Virus record (IMG/VR): IMGVR_UViG_3300009152_000041
Span: 1,901-65,900 of that record
Length of the DNA: 64,000 nt
Direction: 5' to 3' (one strand)
From: a virus
The notes under the pieces: model-generated
Seen by the model: only the letters and a program-made list of their open reading frames with translations
Databases searched by the model: none
Told to the model about the DNA's origin: nothing
Shown here: one piece after another, positions 53,701 to 61,927 of the stretch
Numbering within the stretch: position 1 is the first letter of the stretch
Layout of the letters: the number at the start of each line of letters is the position of its first letter
Program-made: the position numbers and the translations under genes

Positions 53701-54738
53701 TTATCTTGGTAGAGTACTATCGGTCCTGTTAACCAAAGGGCTCTCAACCACTGATTTTGTAGCATTAGAAGCCTGTGGCTCTGTTGTAACGAAGGTCTTA
53801 CCGGTATATGGGTTAAAGCCAGATTCTGCTTCTGTCATGTAAAAGTCTCTCGCCACAAAGCTATAGGTCTCTATCAAAGGAGATCCTCCACTTTGATATT
53901 CTGTGCTCATTTGCATTAGATGCACATTTTGTAAAACAATCTTCATTGGGGTTTTGTTATCAGCCATCTTAACTTTTCGCTCATTTATATCAGTAGATAT
54001 TATCCTGTCCAAGTTGTCTCTCTGCTCTATAGAGGCCGTAGAAGCGTTCTCCGTGACTCCTACGGGGCTTAAACTGGATTCCTCTACCCCATAGACTATA
54101 ACGAAGTTAAATGGAGGATGAGCGCTAAAGATGTTATGTTGGCCATCTGCTGAAGATGTGCTTATTGCTGGATCAGTAGTTATTCTATCTAGCTGACTAT
54201 TGGCCCAATATTTTTGTATATTTTCTTCATCTGTTCTTGATTCATTTTGTGATCTTAAAACAGATACGACTCCAGAGTTATCAGATTTACCCGATGCAGA
54301 GAAGCTTCTAACTCTTGCTGCCTCCTCTAGAAGGTGTGTCATCCTTCTAGGGTATCTTGAGTATAAGGAAAACTGACCAGTTATTATTCTCGATCCATTC
54401 ATCATGGCATCAAAGTTGTATGACCAGAATCCATAGACTGCTTGCTTTTCTTGTTTAATTAAAAAACCAAATCCAGCTATATCTAGTTCATCTTTTGGAT
54501 CGAACAAACCATCGATATATACTTTTACATCTTCACCGGAGAAAAAGTAATCATAATAATTACTAAAACGAGGATCTCCAGTAGTTTTGCCACCAGCCCA
54601 ATAAAGATCTAACTCTGCACTAAGAGGATCAAATGTTCCATTCTTGTTTCCTAGACCAGGATTAGTTGAGACGGTATCCTGATATGGAATATAGCCACTA
54701 AATGGTCTATATGGAACAGCTCTATATGGACTTGTCAT
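53701..54738 (-). CDS. Tail tube-family paralog 3 (345 aa)
   Basis: Shares the family signature with the two upstream tube-like proteins: FFSGEDVKVY, GSRIITGQFSL, PPFNFVIVYG, ETYSFVARDF. Confidence 0.5.
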   Translation of the reverse strand: MTSPYRAVPYRPFSGYIPYQDTVSTNPGLGNKNGTFDPLSAELDLYWAGGKTTGDPRFSNYYDYFFSGEDVKVYIDGLFDPKDELDIAGFGFLIKQEKQAVYGFWSYNFDAMMNGSRIITGQFSLYSRYPRRMTHLLEEAARVRSFSASGKSDNSGVVSVLRSQNESRTDEENIQKYWANSQLDRITTDPAISTSSADGQHNIFSAHPPFNFVIVYGVEESSLSPVGVTENASTASIEQRDNLDRIISTDINERKVKMADNKTPMKIVLQNVHLMQMSTEYQSGGSPLIETYSFVARDFYMTEAESGFNPYTGKTFVTTEPQASNATKSVVESPLVNRTDSTLPR

Positions 54739-54747
54739 ACTTAAACC

Positions 54748-55521
54748 TTAAACGATTGTAGGCGGTGAATATATTCTTTCAATAAAATTCTTATAATCTT
54801 CGACTCTATCCCCAAAAGCATTTGTTGATATTCTTAATCTCTCGTTTTGTTGAGCCTGATATCCATCTGGGTACCTAAGGTCATCACGAGCCGTATCTAA
54901 TTGTACCAGAGGCTGTAGCCCTCTAGCCATATACGTATAAGTTTGCTCAGTAATTAAGTCGTCTATTGACATAGTACCACCCTCATCCACAAGGGTAACA
55001 CCAAATATTTTCATTTTTGCTGCCAACCCGTATTCGTTAAAGAAGGTAAATACGATATCAAATGGTGGTAACATGTCCGCCAATGGTGCAAAATAGCCCT
55101 TGCTGTCAGAAAGAATTTTTCTATAACTTTCTATTCTATAAAATGCGTACTCGTTAAACTGAGTGAATATCATGCTTCCAGCTATAGTTCTAGCGCCTTT
55201 GACAAATCCTCTTGGATTAACATGACCAAGTGTTCTTACCGGAGAGTTTTCTCTGTGCATTGAATATGATATTGTTTGAAGTTCTGCCATTTCCAGCACA
55301 TCGCCTTCATTGGAAATGAATCCATTTTCTCCAATTTTAGGAATAATGATTGTAGCTGTTATGTCTGCACCAGAAAATGACATATCAGAAAATGGATCTG
55401 GAAGATTATTATTTTTTCTAAATTCTTTTACACTCTCTTCATAGGTGGAGAGTCTATTTTTTCTTGATGATATAGTCGTGAGATTCGCTATATCTGATAC
55501 ATCTTTTTGGTTAAATGCCAT
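54748..55521 (-). CDS. Tail tube-family paralog 2 (257 aa)
   Basis: Clear paralog of 55609..56298: FSGADITATI, ARTIAGSMIFTQFN, LPPFDIVFTFFNEYGLAAKMKIFGVTLVDEG, TYTYMARG. Confidence 0.55.
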   Translation of the reverse strand: MAFNQKDVSDIANLTTISSRKNRLSTYEESVKEFRKNNNLPDPFSDMSFSGADITATIIIPKIGENGFISNEGDVLEMAELQTISYSMHRENSPVRTLGHVNPRGFVKGARTIAGSMIFTQFNEYAFYRIESYRKILSDSKGYFAPLADMLPPFDIVFTFFNEYGLAAKMKIFGVTLVDEGGTMSIDDLITEQTYTYMARGLQPLVQLDTARDDLRYPDGYQAQQNERLRISTNAFGDRVEDYKNFIERIYSPPTIV

Positions 55522-55540
55522 GTTATTCCTTAAAAATAAA

Positions 55541-55579
55541 ATAGTGGAGGATTGGTCCTACACCAAGTCCTCCACTATT
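55541..55579 (-). terminator. Hairpin terminator or attenuator after the major tube gene
   Basis: atagtggaggattgg...ccaagtcctccactat forms an 11-15 bp stem with one bulge. On the minus strand it is followed by ATTTTATTTTTAAG. It sits between the tube stop (55609) and the next ATG (55521). Confidence 0.55.
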
Positions 55580-55608
55580 TAATAACTACTATACTTATTT
55601 GATTATAA

Positions 55609-56298
55609 TTATGGTCTAATTATCTCGCTGTTTAATCCGCTAGATGATACTGCATCTTTGCTAATTAATGAACCTAGGTCGTCTGAGTTGAATCTGTTAA
55701 GATTATCCGTTGTAATCTTATACATTGGACCAATTTCACGAGCAACGTATGTCATTGTTTCTTCGATAACAATGTCATCCATCGAAGCTCCTGAACCTTC
55801 ATTTAACAGTTCAACACCATAGATTGATCTAACAGCAGCTTGGCCATATTCGTTAACAAATGTAATTGTAATGTCGAATGGTGGGATTTGGTCTGCATAG
55901 TATGGTGTCTTGCTAACTACGTCTCTTGTTTGATTTGTTACTTCAGCAATACCTCTCTTGTGGCTTGGATCGCCAGGAAGTGTATTATGAGCTCTTGTGA
56001 AAAACTTCATTTCCGAAGAAGAGTTATGATGTGTCTCAAGCATCTGGTACAGAGCTGGGCGGTCAAATACTGTGAATATTAACGAACCAGCAATACCTCT
56101 TTTACCTCTTGAAAATGAACGTGGGTTTGGTGAACCCATTGTATAAATTGGCGCCTTTTCTCTTGTCACCGAAAAAGTGATTCCCGAAAGAGCTCCGATT
56201 TCAACGCCACCAAAAGTGGCAACAATATCAGCACCAGAAAATGTTGTATAAGTATTGAGATACTTGTTTACTGGACTGTCGTAGTATTCGCCTGCCAT
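55609..56298 (-). CDS. Tail tube protein (229 aa)
   Basis: Immediately downstream of the sheath gene, with a strong AGGAGGG SD. Family signature: FSGADIVATF, KRGIAGSLIFTVFD, IPPFDITITFVNEYGQAAVRSIYGVELLNEG. Confidence 0.6.
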   Translation of the reverse strand: MAGEYYDSPVNKYLNTYTTFSGADIVATFGGVEIGALSGITFSVTREKAPIYTMGSPNPRSFSRGKRGIAGSLIFTVFDRPALYQMLETHHNSSSEMKFFTRAHNTLPGDPSHKRGIAEVTNQTRDVVSKTPYYADQIPPFDITITFVNEYGQAAVRSIYGVELLNEGSGASMDDIVIEETMTYVAREIGPMYKITTDNLNRFNSDDLGSLISKDAVSSSGLNSEIIRP

Positions 56299-56345
56299 AT
56301 TACCCTCCTAATCGGTATATAAATTTGCAGTGTTTTTATATGATA

Positions 56346-57611
56346 TTAACCAAGTTCAACTGACATTTGGACTTCGATGTTTCTAAGTTCAAATGCAGGT
56401 GTTATAACTAGGTCAATAAGTGCTTTGTTTTCTTCAGCGATGTATCTAATGTTGAAATCGCTATCTAAGATGGCACCCAACTGCTGCATTCCTCTAAGGG
56501 ATGAAGTAATCGAGGTTTCCATTGAGTTTCTAACTTGAATAGTTGAAGGTTGACCAATGAATTTCTGACAGCTCTGACGGACAACTAACATTGATTCGTT
56601 AACAATTCTCAGTGTTGTCAGTCTTGTGTAGTCTGAACTAGAACCAGCAAATGTTACACCATCTGTGAAGATTGGAGCTCTATTGAAGTTTAACATGATT
56701 GAGTTTACACCCTTATTGGTCATTGCCAACAAGGTTGTTTTGCTAGGATTGTATCTTAGCGCTGCAACGTTGTAAACTGTCTTGTTTATGGTTGAAGTGT
56801 ATGAAGCCATTCTGCTAACTGCAGCAGTTAATACAGCTGCACCGTTTGAATAACCCCATGTCTCTGGATAACCTGCAGGCTTTAGCTCTGCGCCAATTAC
56901 CACAACATGTCTTCCAAGTTCCTTAGCGGCAACTCCATTATATGTTGTTGCTGAATCTCTGTCTGAAAGAGTTGTTAAGCCGAGATGTGTTGCTACTTGT
57001 CCAGGAGTCATTACGTCGTTAGCGCCGACATATGGCTTTGTTCCCATAACAGCAAAACATGGATGACTGTTCTCGTTGATTGCTTTAACTTTATCAGCAA
57101 TTTTTACTGCCCAGTTATTTCCAATCGTTACTGAGTTGTCTGCATAAAATCCGTAAATTGTATCGGCAGATGCGGAAAAAGCTTCAGAAGGAGTTGCAGA
57201 CCAGAGTCCTGCTCTTGCACCACTTCCCCAAGGAAGTATAATATCTGGCTGAGCAGCTTCTGCTGCAATGAACATTGCATCAAGAACGCTACCACCAAAA
57301 TTGGTACTTGTTACCGCAGCCGTAGTGTGGTTCCATGTAGTATCACTTGGCAATGGGACCATGTAGATTCTTTCTGCGCCTGCAGAAACAAGCTCAAAAA
57401 AAGCTCTGTGACAAGCTGAATTAATGCCAAAAGCAGTTATGACATCTTGTTCATTTGTGCACTGAACTACGTCAAGGTCTGCAACGTTGCCGGTTCCATC
57501 TGCTGTTGATCTTTTTGCTATTACCACAACTCTAGGTCCGACTGGACTATCTTGACGGGAGATGCTGTAGAAGCGGTCTTTAATTATTGTTTTTACACCT
57601 GGTAGAGCCAT
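56346..57611 (-). CDS. Tail sheath protein (421 aa)
   Basis: GGAGG SD. The C-terminal half (AAVLTAAVSRMASYTSTINKTVYNVAALRYNPSKTTLLAMTNKGVNSIMLNF...TRLTTLRIVNES...) follows the conserved contractile-sheath C-terminal domain pattern. It lies directly upstream of the tube gene. Confidence 0.65.
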   Translation of the reverse strand: MALPGVKTIIKDRFYSISRQDSPVGPRVVVIAKRSTADGTGNVADLDVVQCTNEQDVITAFGINSACHRAFFELVSAGAERIYMVPLPSDTTWNHTTAAVTSTNFGGSVLDAMFIAAEAAQPDIILPWGSGARAGLWSATPSEAFSASADTIYGFYADNSVTIGNNWAVKIADKVKAINENSHPCFAVMGTKPYVGANDVMTPGQVATHLGLTTLSDRDSATTYNGVAAKELGRHVVVIGAELKPAGYPETWGYSNGAAVLTAAVSRMASYTSTINKTVYNVAALRYNPSKTTLLAMTNKGVNSIMLNFNRAPIFTDGVTFAGSSSDYTRLTTLRIVNESMLVVRQSCQKFIGQPSTIQVRNSMETSITSSLRGMQQLGAILDSDFNIRYIAEENKALIDLVITPAFELRNIEVQMSVELG

Positions 57612-57658
57612 GTTATTCTTAACCTCCGAGTCAGCGATTTATTGGATTAACTCGAAAG

Positions 57659-57670
57659 ATATAGTAATGG
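57659..57670 (-). promoter_or_regulatory. Candidate phage promoter motif CCATTACTATATCT
   Basis: Minus-strand TACTATAT, 47 nt upstream of the sheath ATG, in the 102-nt intergenic region. Confidence 0.35.
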
Positions 57671-57713
57671 GGTACCTGTAAAAACTAACTAGATTTACGT
57701 ATCCTACTAAATA

Positions 57714-58526
57714 TTATGAGTTTGGGGTAGCACTTTGAAATAAGTCTACAATACCTAGGTTCATATCTGGATTGTAATACGAAGAAGGAGTCGCAGCTGC
57801 TTGATCAACTAGCTGCTTTTCATAGGAAACCCATTGGCGTATATCGGCCACAATTGACTCAATCTTATCAACTGCTGATACATGTATTTTTTCGGTTGTT
57901 AACAAATATGTAACCGCTCTTTTAACTACATCAGTTTGGTCCATGTTTGTTTCGGTATCTGAAAACCTTCTAGCGTATACGAGTTCTGATGCCCCTAGTC
58001 TCTTAAAGACTGGAGTATATTCAAGCATAAAATCTTCAAATATTTCCATAATTCTATCGGCTACTTCTGCGCCAGCATATCGTTGTTGATCGCCTGACAA
58101 TTGGCCAGCATTGGCTTCAACCATAACAGTAAAGGAAACAATGTTCTGAAAACGCTGACCTTCTATAATGTAATACTTACCGTCATCACCTAAGGCTTTA
58201 TCCCTATATCTCATTTTAGGTTCTTGACTATGAGCCCTCTTTAGCTCAAGGCCGTAAGCTATGCAAGGATAGGATGCAAACTTGCCTCCAAATGTTGCTA
58301 AAATTGGTATATCTGGATATGAATTCTCCCAGAGCATTTTGACAACCTCTATGAAGCCTAGGTAAGTTAAATTTCCTTCAGCCTTTAATCTTCTTGAATC
58401 ACTATCGTTATAGTATTTGGGATCCTGCTCTCGCAGTCTATCTCTGCTTTCTGTATAGCTTTCCCACTTACTACTTTGTGCTGCGTCAGCATTAAAGCTA
58501 TCTGGGAATGGAAATGAAGACTGCAT
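57714..58526 (-). CDS. Hypothetical neck or tail-terminator-like protein (270 aa)
   Basis: Lies between the two sheath-family genes. No firm motif, so the call rests on position only. Confidence 0.35.
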   Translation of the reverse strand: MQSSFPFPDSFNADAAQSSKWESYTESRDRLREQDPKYYNDSDSRRLKAEGNLTYLGFIEVVKMLWENSYPDIPILATFGGKFASYPCIAYGLELKRAHSQEPKMRYRDKALGDDGKYYIIEGQRFQNIVSFTVMVEANAGQLSGDQQRYAGAEVADRIMEIFEDFMLEYTPVFKRLGASELVYARRFSDTETNMDQTDVVKRAVTYLLTTEKIHVSAVDKIESIVADIRQWVSYEKQLVDQAAATPSSYYNPDMNLGIVDLFQSATPNS

Positions 58527-58527
58527 G

Positions 58528-60612
58528 CTATGCTCCTGGTCCTGTCATTATAGAAAAGTTAATATTTTTTAGACCAAGAGAAGAAACTAAATTTATTTCA
58601 AAAATTAAAGTTCCTCTTTCTGTTTTAGATCCATATGATTGAAGATTGTAATCTTTAATAGTTCTAGTCGATACCAACATGTCAAGCATAGCTTTGACTT
58701 GTGAAATTACTTTATCTTCAGCGTTCTTTCCTATGCCATCATTTGCTATAGCTTTTATTTCAGTTATAACCATAGCTACTAATCTCATTTGCGGAGCTTT
58801 TGTAAAAGAACTATTTTTATTAGCTAATGTATAATCATTAGATATATTTACTTCGTATGGATTGCCTCTTAGCGCTTTACGTGTTCTATACACAACATTT
58901 ACACCAAGGTTATCCAACCTAGCTAATGAATCTCCAGATAAATTAGAACCATAAACAGAATATGCTCCTGGTATTCTTTTTCTAATTATCCCATTATAGA
59001 CTGGAGTTGACGACATCATTCCAGCAAATGCTGCTGCTGCTGAACTCGTATATGATCTTCCAAAACCTATATGATTGAAAGTTAGTTCTCCGTATACAGG
59101 AATAATATATCTACCTATATCACTTTCTATTTCTCCACTTATTGAGTAAGTGGTAAATTTATTTACAAGTCTAGTATTTTGTTCTAGAAGTTGAACATCA
59201 CTGTCTTTTGTTCCATTATTTTTAGAACCAATAATTCCCATTTGCACATATCCGGTAGCATTATTGAAAGAATAACAATGAACAGCTAGTTGAGCTATGA
59301 AGTCAACAGACCCAGTATTTATCATTGAAGTTTCAAGTGGCACTATTATATCAATAAAGTCAAGCCCTTTTGCTATATCATAACTTACTGCTAGTCTTTC
59401 ATAATATTTTTCATAAAAGTTTACATTAGAATTTGTTTCAGCTGAAAAAAGTATTGGCATGTCGATAAGTCTTTGAGAAATATCTTCGATGTATTCTGAC
59501 ATTGGCGCAGAAGCCATCATGAATATGGACTTTGCTCCGCAACTAAACGCATCGTGAATTCCTCTTAAAAGGGGAGAAGAAGTATTTGCACCCAATAGGT
59601 TAGTAGCTTCTTGAATTGAATTAATTTTTATAATTTGATTTAGTTCGATTCCATCGCTATGACCTATTAATAATATTGAATTAGTATTATAGTATTCTTC
59701 TAGTGAATCAAAAATTGGTCTCTTCGAAATGCTTGCACCAGTTGTTGGTCCTGTTAAATCTTTAGATACTCCAGTTGTATTAATGACAGAATATTTTCCG
59801 GTTGTAAGTTGCTCTCCATTAGATAAAGGAATATTTGTTTTAATAGAAAATTTATTATTTGCTGGTACCGAGGAGATAAAATGATTTCCGTTAAAGGCTG
59901 CACTTATTTCTGATATTGAAATTTGATCACCAGATGAAAGATTGTGATCAATATCAGTTGATAGAGTTATCACTCCATTCTCTATTTTTTTATATACTAT
60001 ATTTCCGACTCTACCAATTTGACTTCTAGAGACTTCAAAGTTATGTTCAATTACTTGAGTTCTATCATTGTACGCACATTGGATGGAGACGGTATAAGTT
60101 CCACCAAAAAGTGTATCTGGAATTTTATAATAAAAACCATACTCAGAGTCTGATGGTCTATTGTAATAAGAATTTGTCTTAAGAGCTAGCCTTGCATATG
60201 CTTTTGTGGCGTTATAGCTTGATAAGCTTGGTAAAGTAGTAGCAGCTGTCCTTGCTATTACTGATTTTGTAGTTGGTGCAGATGTGATTATGTACTCTGC
60301 GTTATATCCACCGCCAACACCATAGATGATTACGGTATCTCCAGCGGCTAACTTATGATCTACATCAAATGTAAATGTTGCCGAAATGTGACCACTCACT
60401 ATTGAACTTGGTGGTGTTATCGATATGATTCGATAACTTGTATTAATCAATGAAGTAGATGAATGGATTATTTCTCCAGTGCCACCATTCCCTCTTGATA
60501 CTGTTGCATATATATCTACTGGAGTAGCTTGATTCAAAGGGTCGTAGAACTCACCGTTTACCAAAAAGGCAAATCTAAACTTCACCAACTGACCATTGTG
60601 TACTCTTAACAT
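58528..60612 (-). CDS. Large sheath-family protein (694 aa), a second sheath paralog with an N-terminal extension
   Basis: The C-terminal ~400 aa (SILLIGHSDG..., AAAAFAGMMSSTPVYNGIIRKRIPG...LSGDSLARLDNLGVNVVYRT..., RLVAMVITEIKAIANDGIG...) follows the sheath-family pattern. The N-terminal ~280 aa looks like added beta-rich domains. Confidence 0.5.
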   Translation of the reverse strand: MLRVHNGQLVKFRFAFLVNGEFYDPLNQATPVDIYATVSRGNGGTGEIIHSSTSLINTSYRIISITPPSSIVSGHISATFTFDVDHKLAAGDTVIIYGVGGGYNAEYIITSAPTTKSVIARTAATTLPSLSSYNATKAYARLALKTNSYYNRPSDSEYGFYYKIPDTLFGGTYTVSIQCAYNDRTQVIEHNFEVSRSQIGRVGNIVYKKIENGVITLSTDIDHNLSSGDQISISEISAAFNGNHFISSVPANNKFSIKTNIPLSNGEQLTTGKYSVINTTGVSKDLTGPTTGASISKRPIFDSLEEYYNTNSILLIGHSDGIELNQIIKINSIQEATNLLGANTSSPLLRGIHDAFSCGAKSIFMMASAPMSEYIEDISQRLIDMPILFSAETNSNVNFYEKYYERLAVSYDIAKGLDFIDIIVPLETSMINTGSVDFIAQLAVHCYSFNNATGYVQMGIIGSKNNGTKDSDVQLLEQNTRLVNKFTTYSISGEIESDIGRYIIPVYGELTFNHIGFGRSYTSSAAAAFAGMMSSTPVYNGIIRKRIPGAYSVYGSNLSGDSLARLDNLGVNVVYRTRKALRGNPYEVNISNDYTLANKNSSFTKAPQMRLVAMVITEIKAIANDGIGKNAEDKVISQVKAMLDMLVSTRTIKDYNLQSYGSKTERGTLIFEINLVSSLGLKNINFSIMTGPGA

Positions 60613-60985
60613 TTAATTTTTACTTTCTCTAGTCGCACCTGCAACCCAGTAAACTACTTTTCCGCCTCTACCTCTTACCGGAGCAGAAAAGTCTACTAAA
60701 AAAATTTGTTGACCGCCTGAATAGTCTTCATATATTCTATCACCAGATTTAATACTTGCCGTATCTTGAAAATAATATACTACCTCAGAGCTAACTGTTA
60801 AGCCTTGTATGTTTTCTTCTAATATATTAGCAAATCCGTTGAGCCCCCGGATACACAGCTCTTACGGTGTATCTTTGCATCTTTTTGCTATAGGTCATAG
60901 TTTTCTGATCTAATACTTTTTGAACTAATACATTGTGACCCCAACTACGCAGTATATTGCTTAATGTGCGTTTTGGATCAATCAT
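60613..60985 (-). CDS. Previously uncalled small structural gene (~123 aa, head-tail adaptor or tail-completion-like by position), readable only with a +1 shift at CGG_A (60838-60835)
   Basis: ATG 60985 overlaps the upstream TGA. The 0 frame gives MIDPKRTLSNILRSWGHNVLVQKVLDQKTMTYSKKMQRYTVRAVYPGAQ, then CGG ATT TGC TAA. The +1 frame gives GFANILEENIQGLTVSSEVVYYFQDTASIKSGDRIYEDYSGGQQIFLVDFSAPVRGRGGKVVYWVAGATRESKN, and its TAA abuts ATG 60612. This fills a 365-nt region with no ORF in the track. Confidence 0.6.
60835..60838 (-). other. Candidate +1 recoding site CAA CGG A
   Basis: In-frame CGG, codon 50. The 0-frame TAA is two codons later. The +1 frame ends exactly at the next gene's start. 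Confidence 0.6.
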
Positions 60986-61868
60986 ACTTCCTTATTCCTC
61001 TTTCTGGAATTGGATTCTGGTCTGGCGACTGGATATGAGTTGGTCCATATAGGTCTCTTGGAGTGTAGTAAACTGACAATCCAGTATATGGATCCATAGT
61101 TCTTCCGGCTCCAATTGTTGGAAGACTTGGTAAACCCTTTGGTTGAACTGCTTTCATTCCAACTTTTGATGTTAACATTTCTTTTCTAAGCATTGCTGCA
61201 ATTTGACACCAAGTGGTAGCGTTAGCTCTACTTAAAGTGTTTCTAGGTAAGTTTTTGTTGGTTATTGAAAGATCGCCAAGCCTTACCGAAAGCTCATCGT
61301 CTCCACCGTTTCCATAAACCCTTGTTAACTCACAACAGGTGGCTGCTCTTATGTATTCAAATGCCGTAAATGGAATGGCTGTTCCGTCTTCAGTCTCTAG
61401 TAATTTAAATATATTTTTTATCTCTATAGAATAATTGTGTATGAACTCACCTATTTCAAGAAGGGAAGCGTCAGGGAAGTAGGGGAGAAGTTGCTCCGGA
61501 TCAAGATACAATGGCTCTATATCCGCTGCAAAAGCTATTATTTCATCCTCTCTCAAGAAGACTGTTGGCCTATAGTCCTCTGTTGGAGTACTTACATATA
61601 TCTGTTGATTAACGCTAATCGTAGTATTGTTTGCTAGAATTCCATTAAAGGAAACCTTATATGTACCAGCTGTTAATGGAGTGTAGTCGTAGTAGAATTC
61701 AGAACCACTAAGCGACGTAGGGGTAACTGATATTATTAACACATTACTTGAATTTGTTATACCCATAGAAACTGATACGGGAGAAACCTCTACTTGATTA
61801 CCATTAGCATCTACGTCAATAAACTTAACCTTTAGACGCACAGTATCATTGACTAGTATATTTGCCAT
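60978..61868 (-). CDS. Hypothetical structural protein (296 aa) with an Ig-like N-terminal region
   Basis: The N-terminus (VRLKVKFIDVDANGNQVEVSPVSVSMGI...YYDYTPLTAGTYKVSF) has a beta-sandwich-like pattern. It is the first gene of the tail module. Confidence 0.45.
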   Translation of the reverse strand: MANILVNDTVRLKVKFIDVDANGNQVEVSPVSVSMGITNSSNVLIISVTPTSLSGSEFYYDYTPLTAGTYKVSFNGILANNTTISVNQQIYVSTPTEDYRPTVFLREDEIIAFAADIEPLYLDPEQLLPYFPDASLLEIGEFIHNYSIEIKNIFKLLETEDGTAIPFTAFEYIRAATCCELTRVYGNGGDDELSVRLGDLSITNKNLPRNTLSRANATTWCQIAAMLRKEMLTSKVGMKAVQPKGLPSLPTIGAGRTMDPYTGLSVYYTPRDLYGPTHIQSPDQNPIPERGIRKYD

Positions 61869-61890
61869 TTTTCCCTCTTTAAAAAGTAGA

Positions 61891-61906
61891 TATTTATATA
61901 GTAGTA
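61891..61906 (-). promoter_or_regulatory. Candidate phage promoter TACTACTATATAAATA (contains TATAAATA)
   Basis: Lies 22 nt upstream of ATG 61868 and is followed by CTTTTTAAAGAGGG. The same TACTATATA...CTTTTTAAAGG architecture recurs upstream of ATG 62302. Confidence 0.4.
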
Positions 61907-61927
61907 CTTTAAATTGTGTTGGTGAGG

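Noticed and set aside
5919-60985. Sequencing or assembly indels as the explanation for the 10 frame breaks.
   Set aside because: All 10 breaks need the same correction (+1) at the same codon (CGG). None is in a homopolymer longer than 2 nt, and CGA and out-of-frame CGGA are unaffected elsewhere. Random or homopolymer errors would not be this codon-specific. It still needs checking against raw reads.
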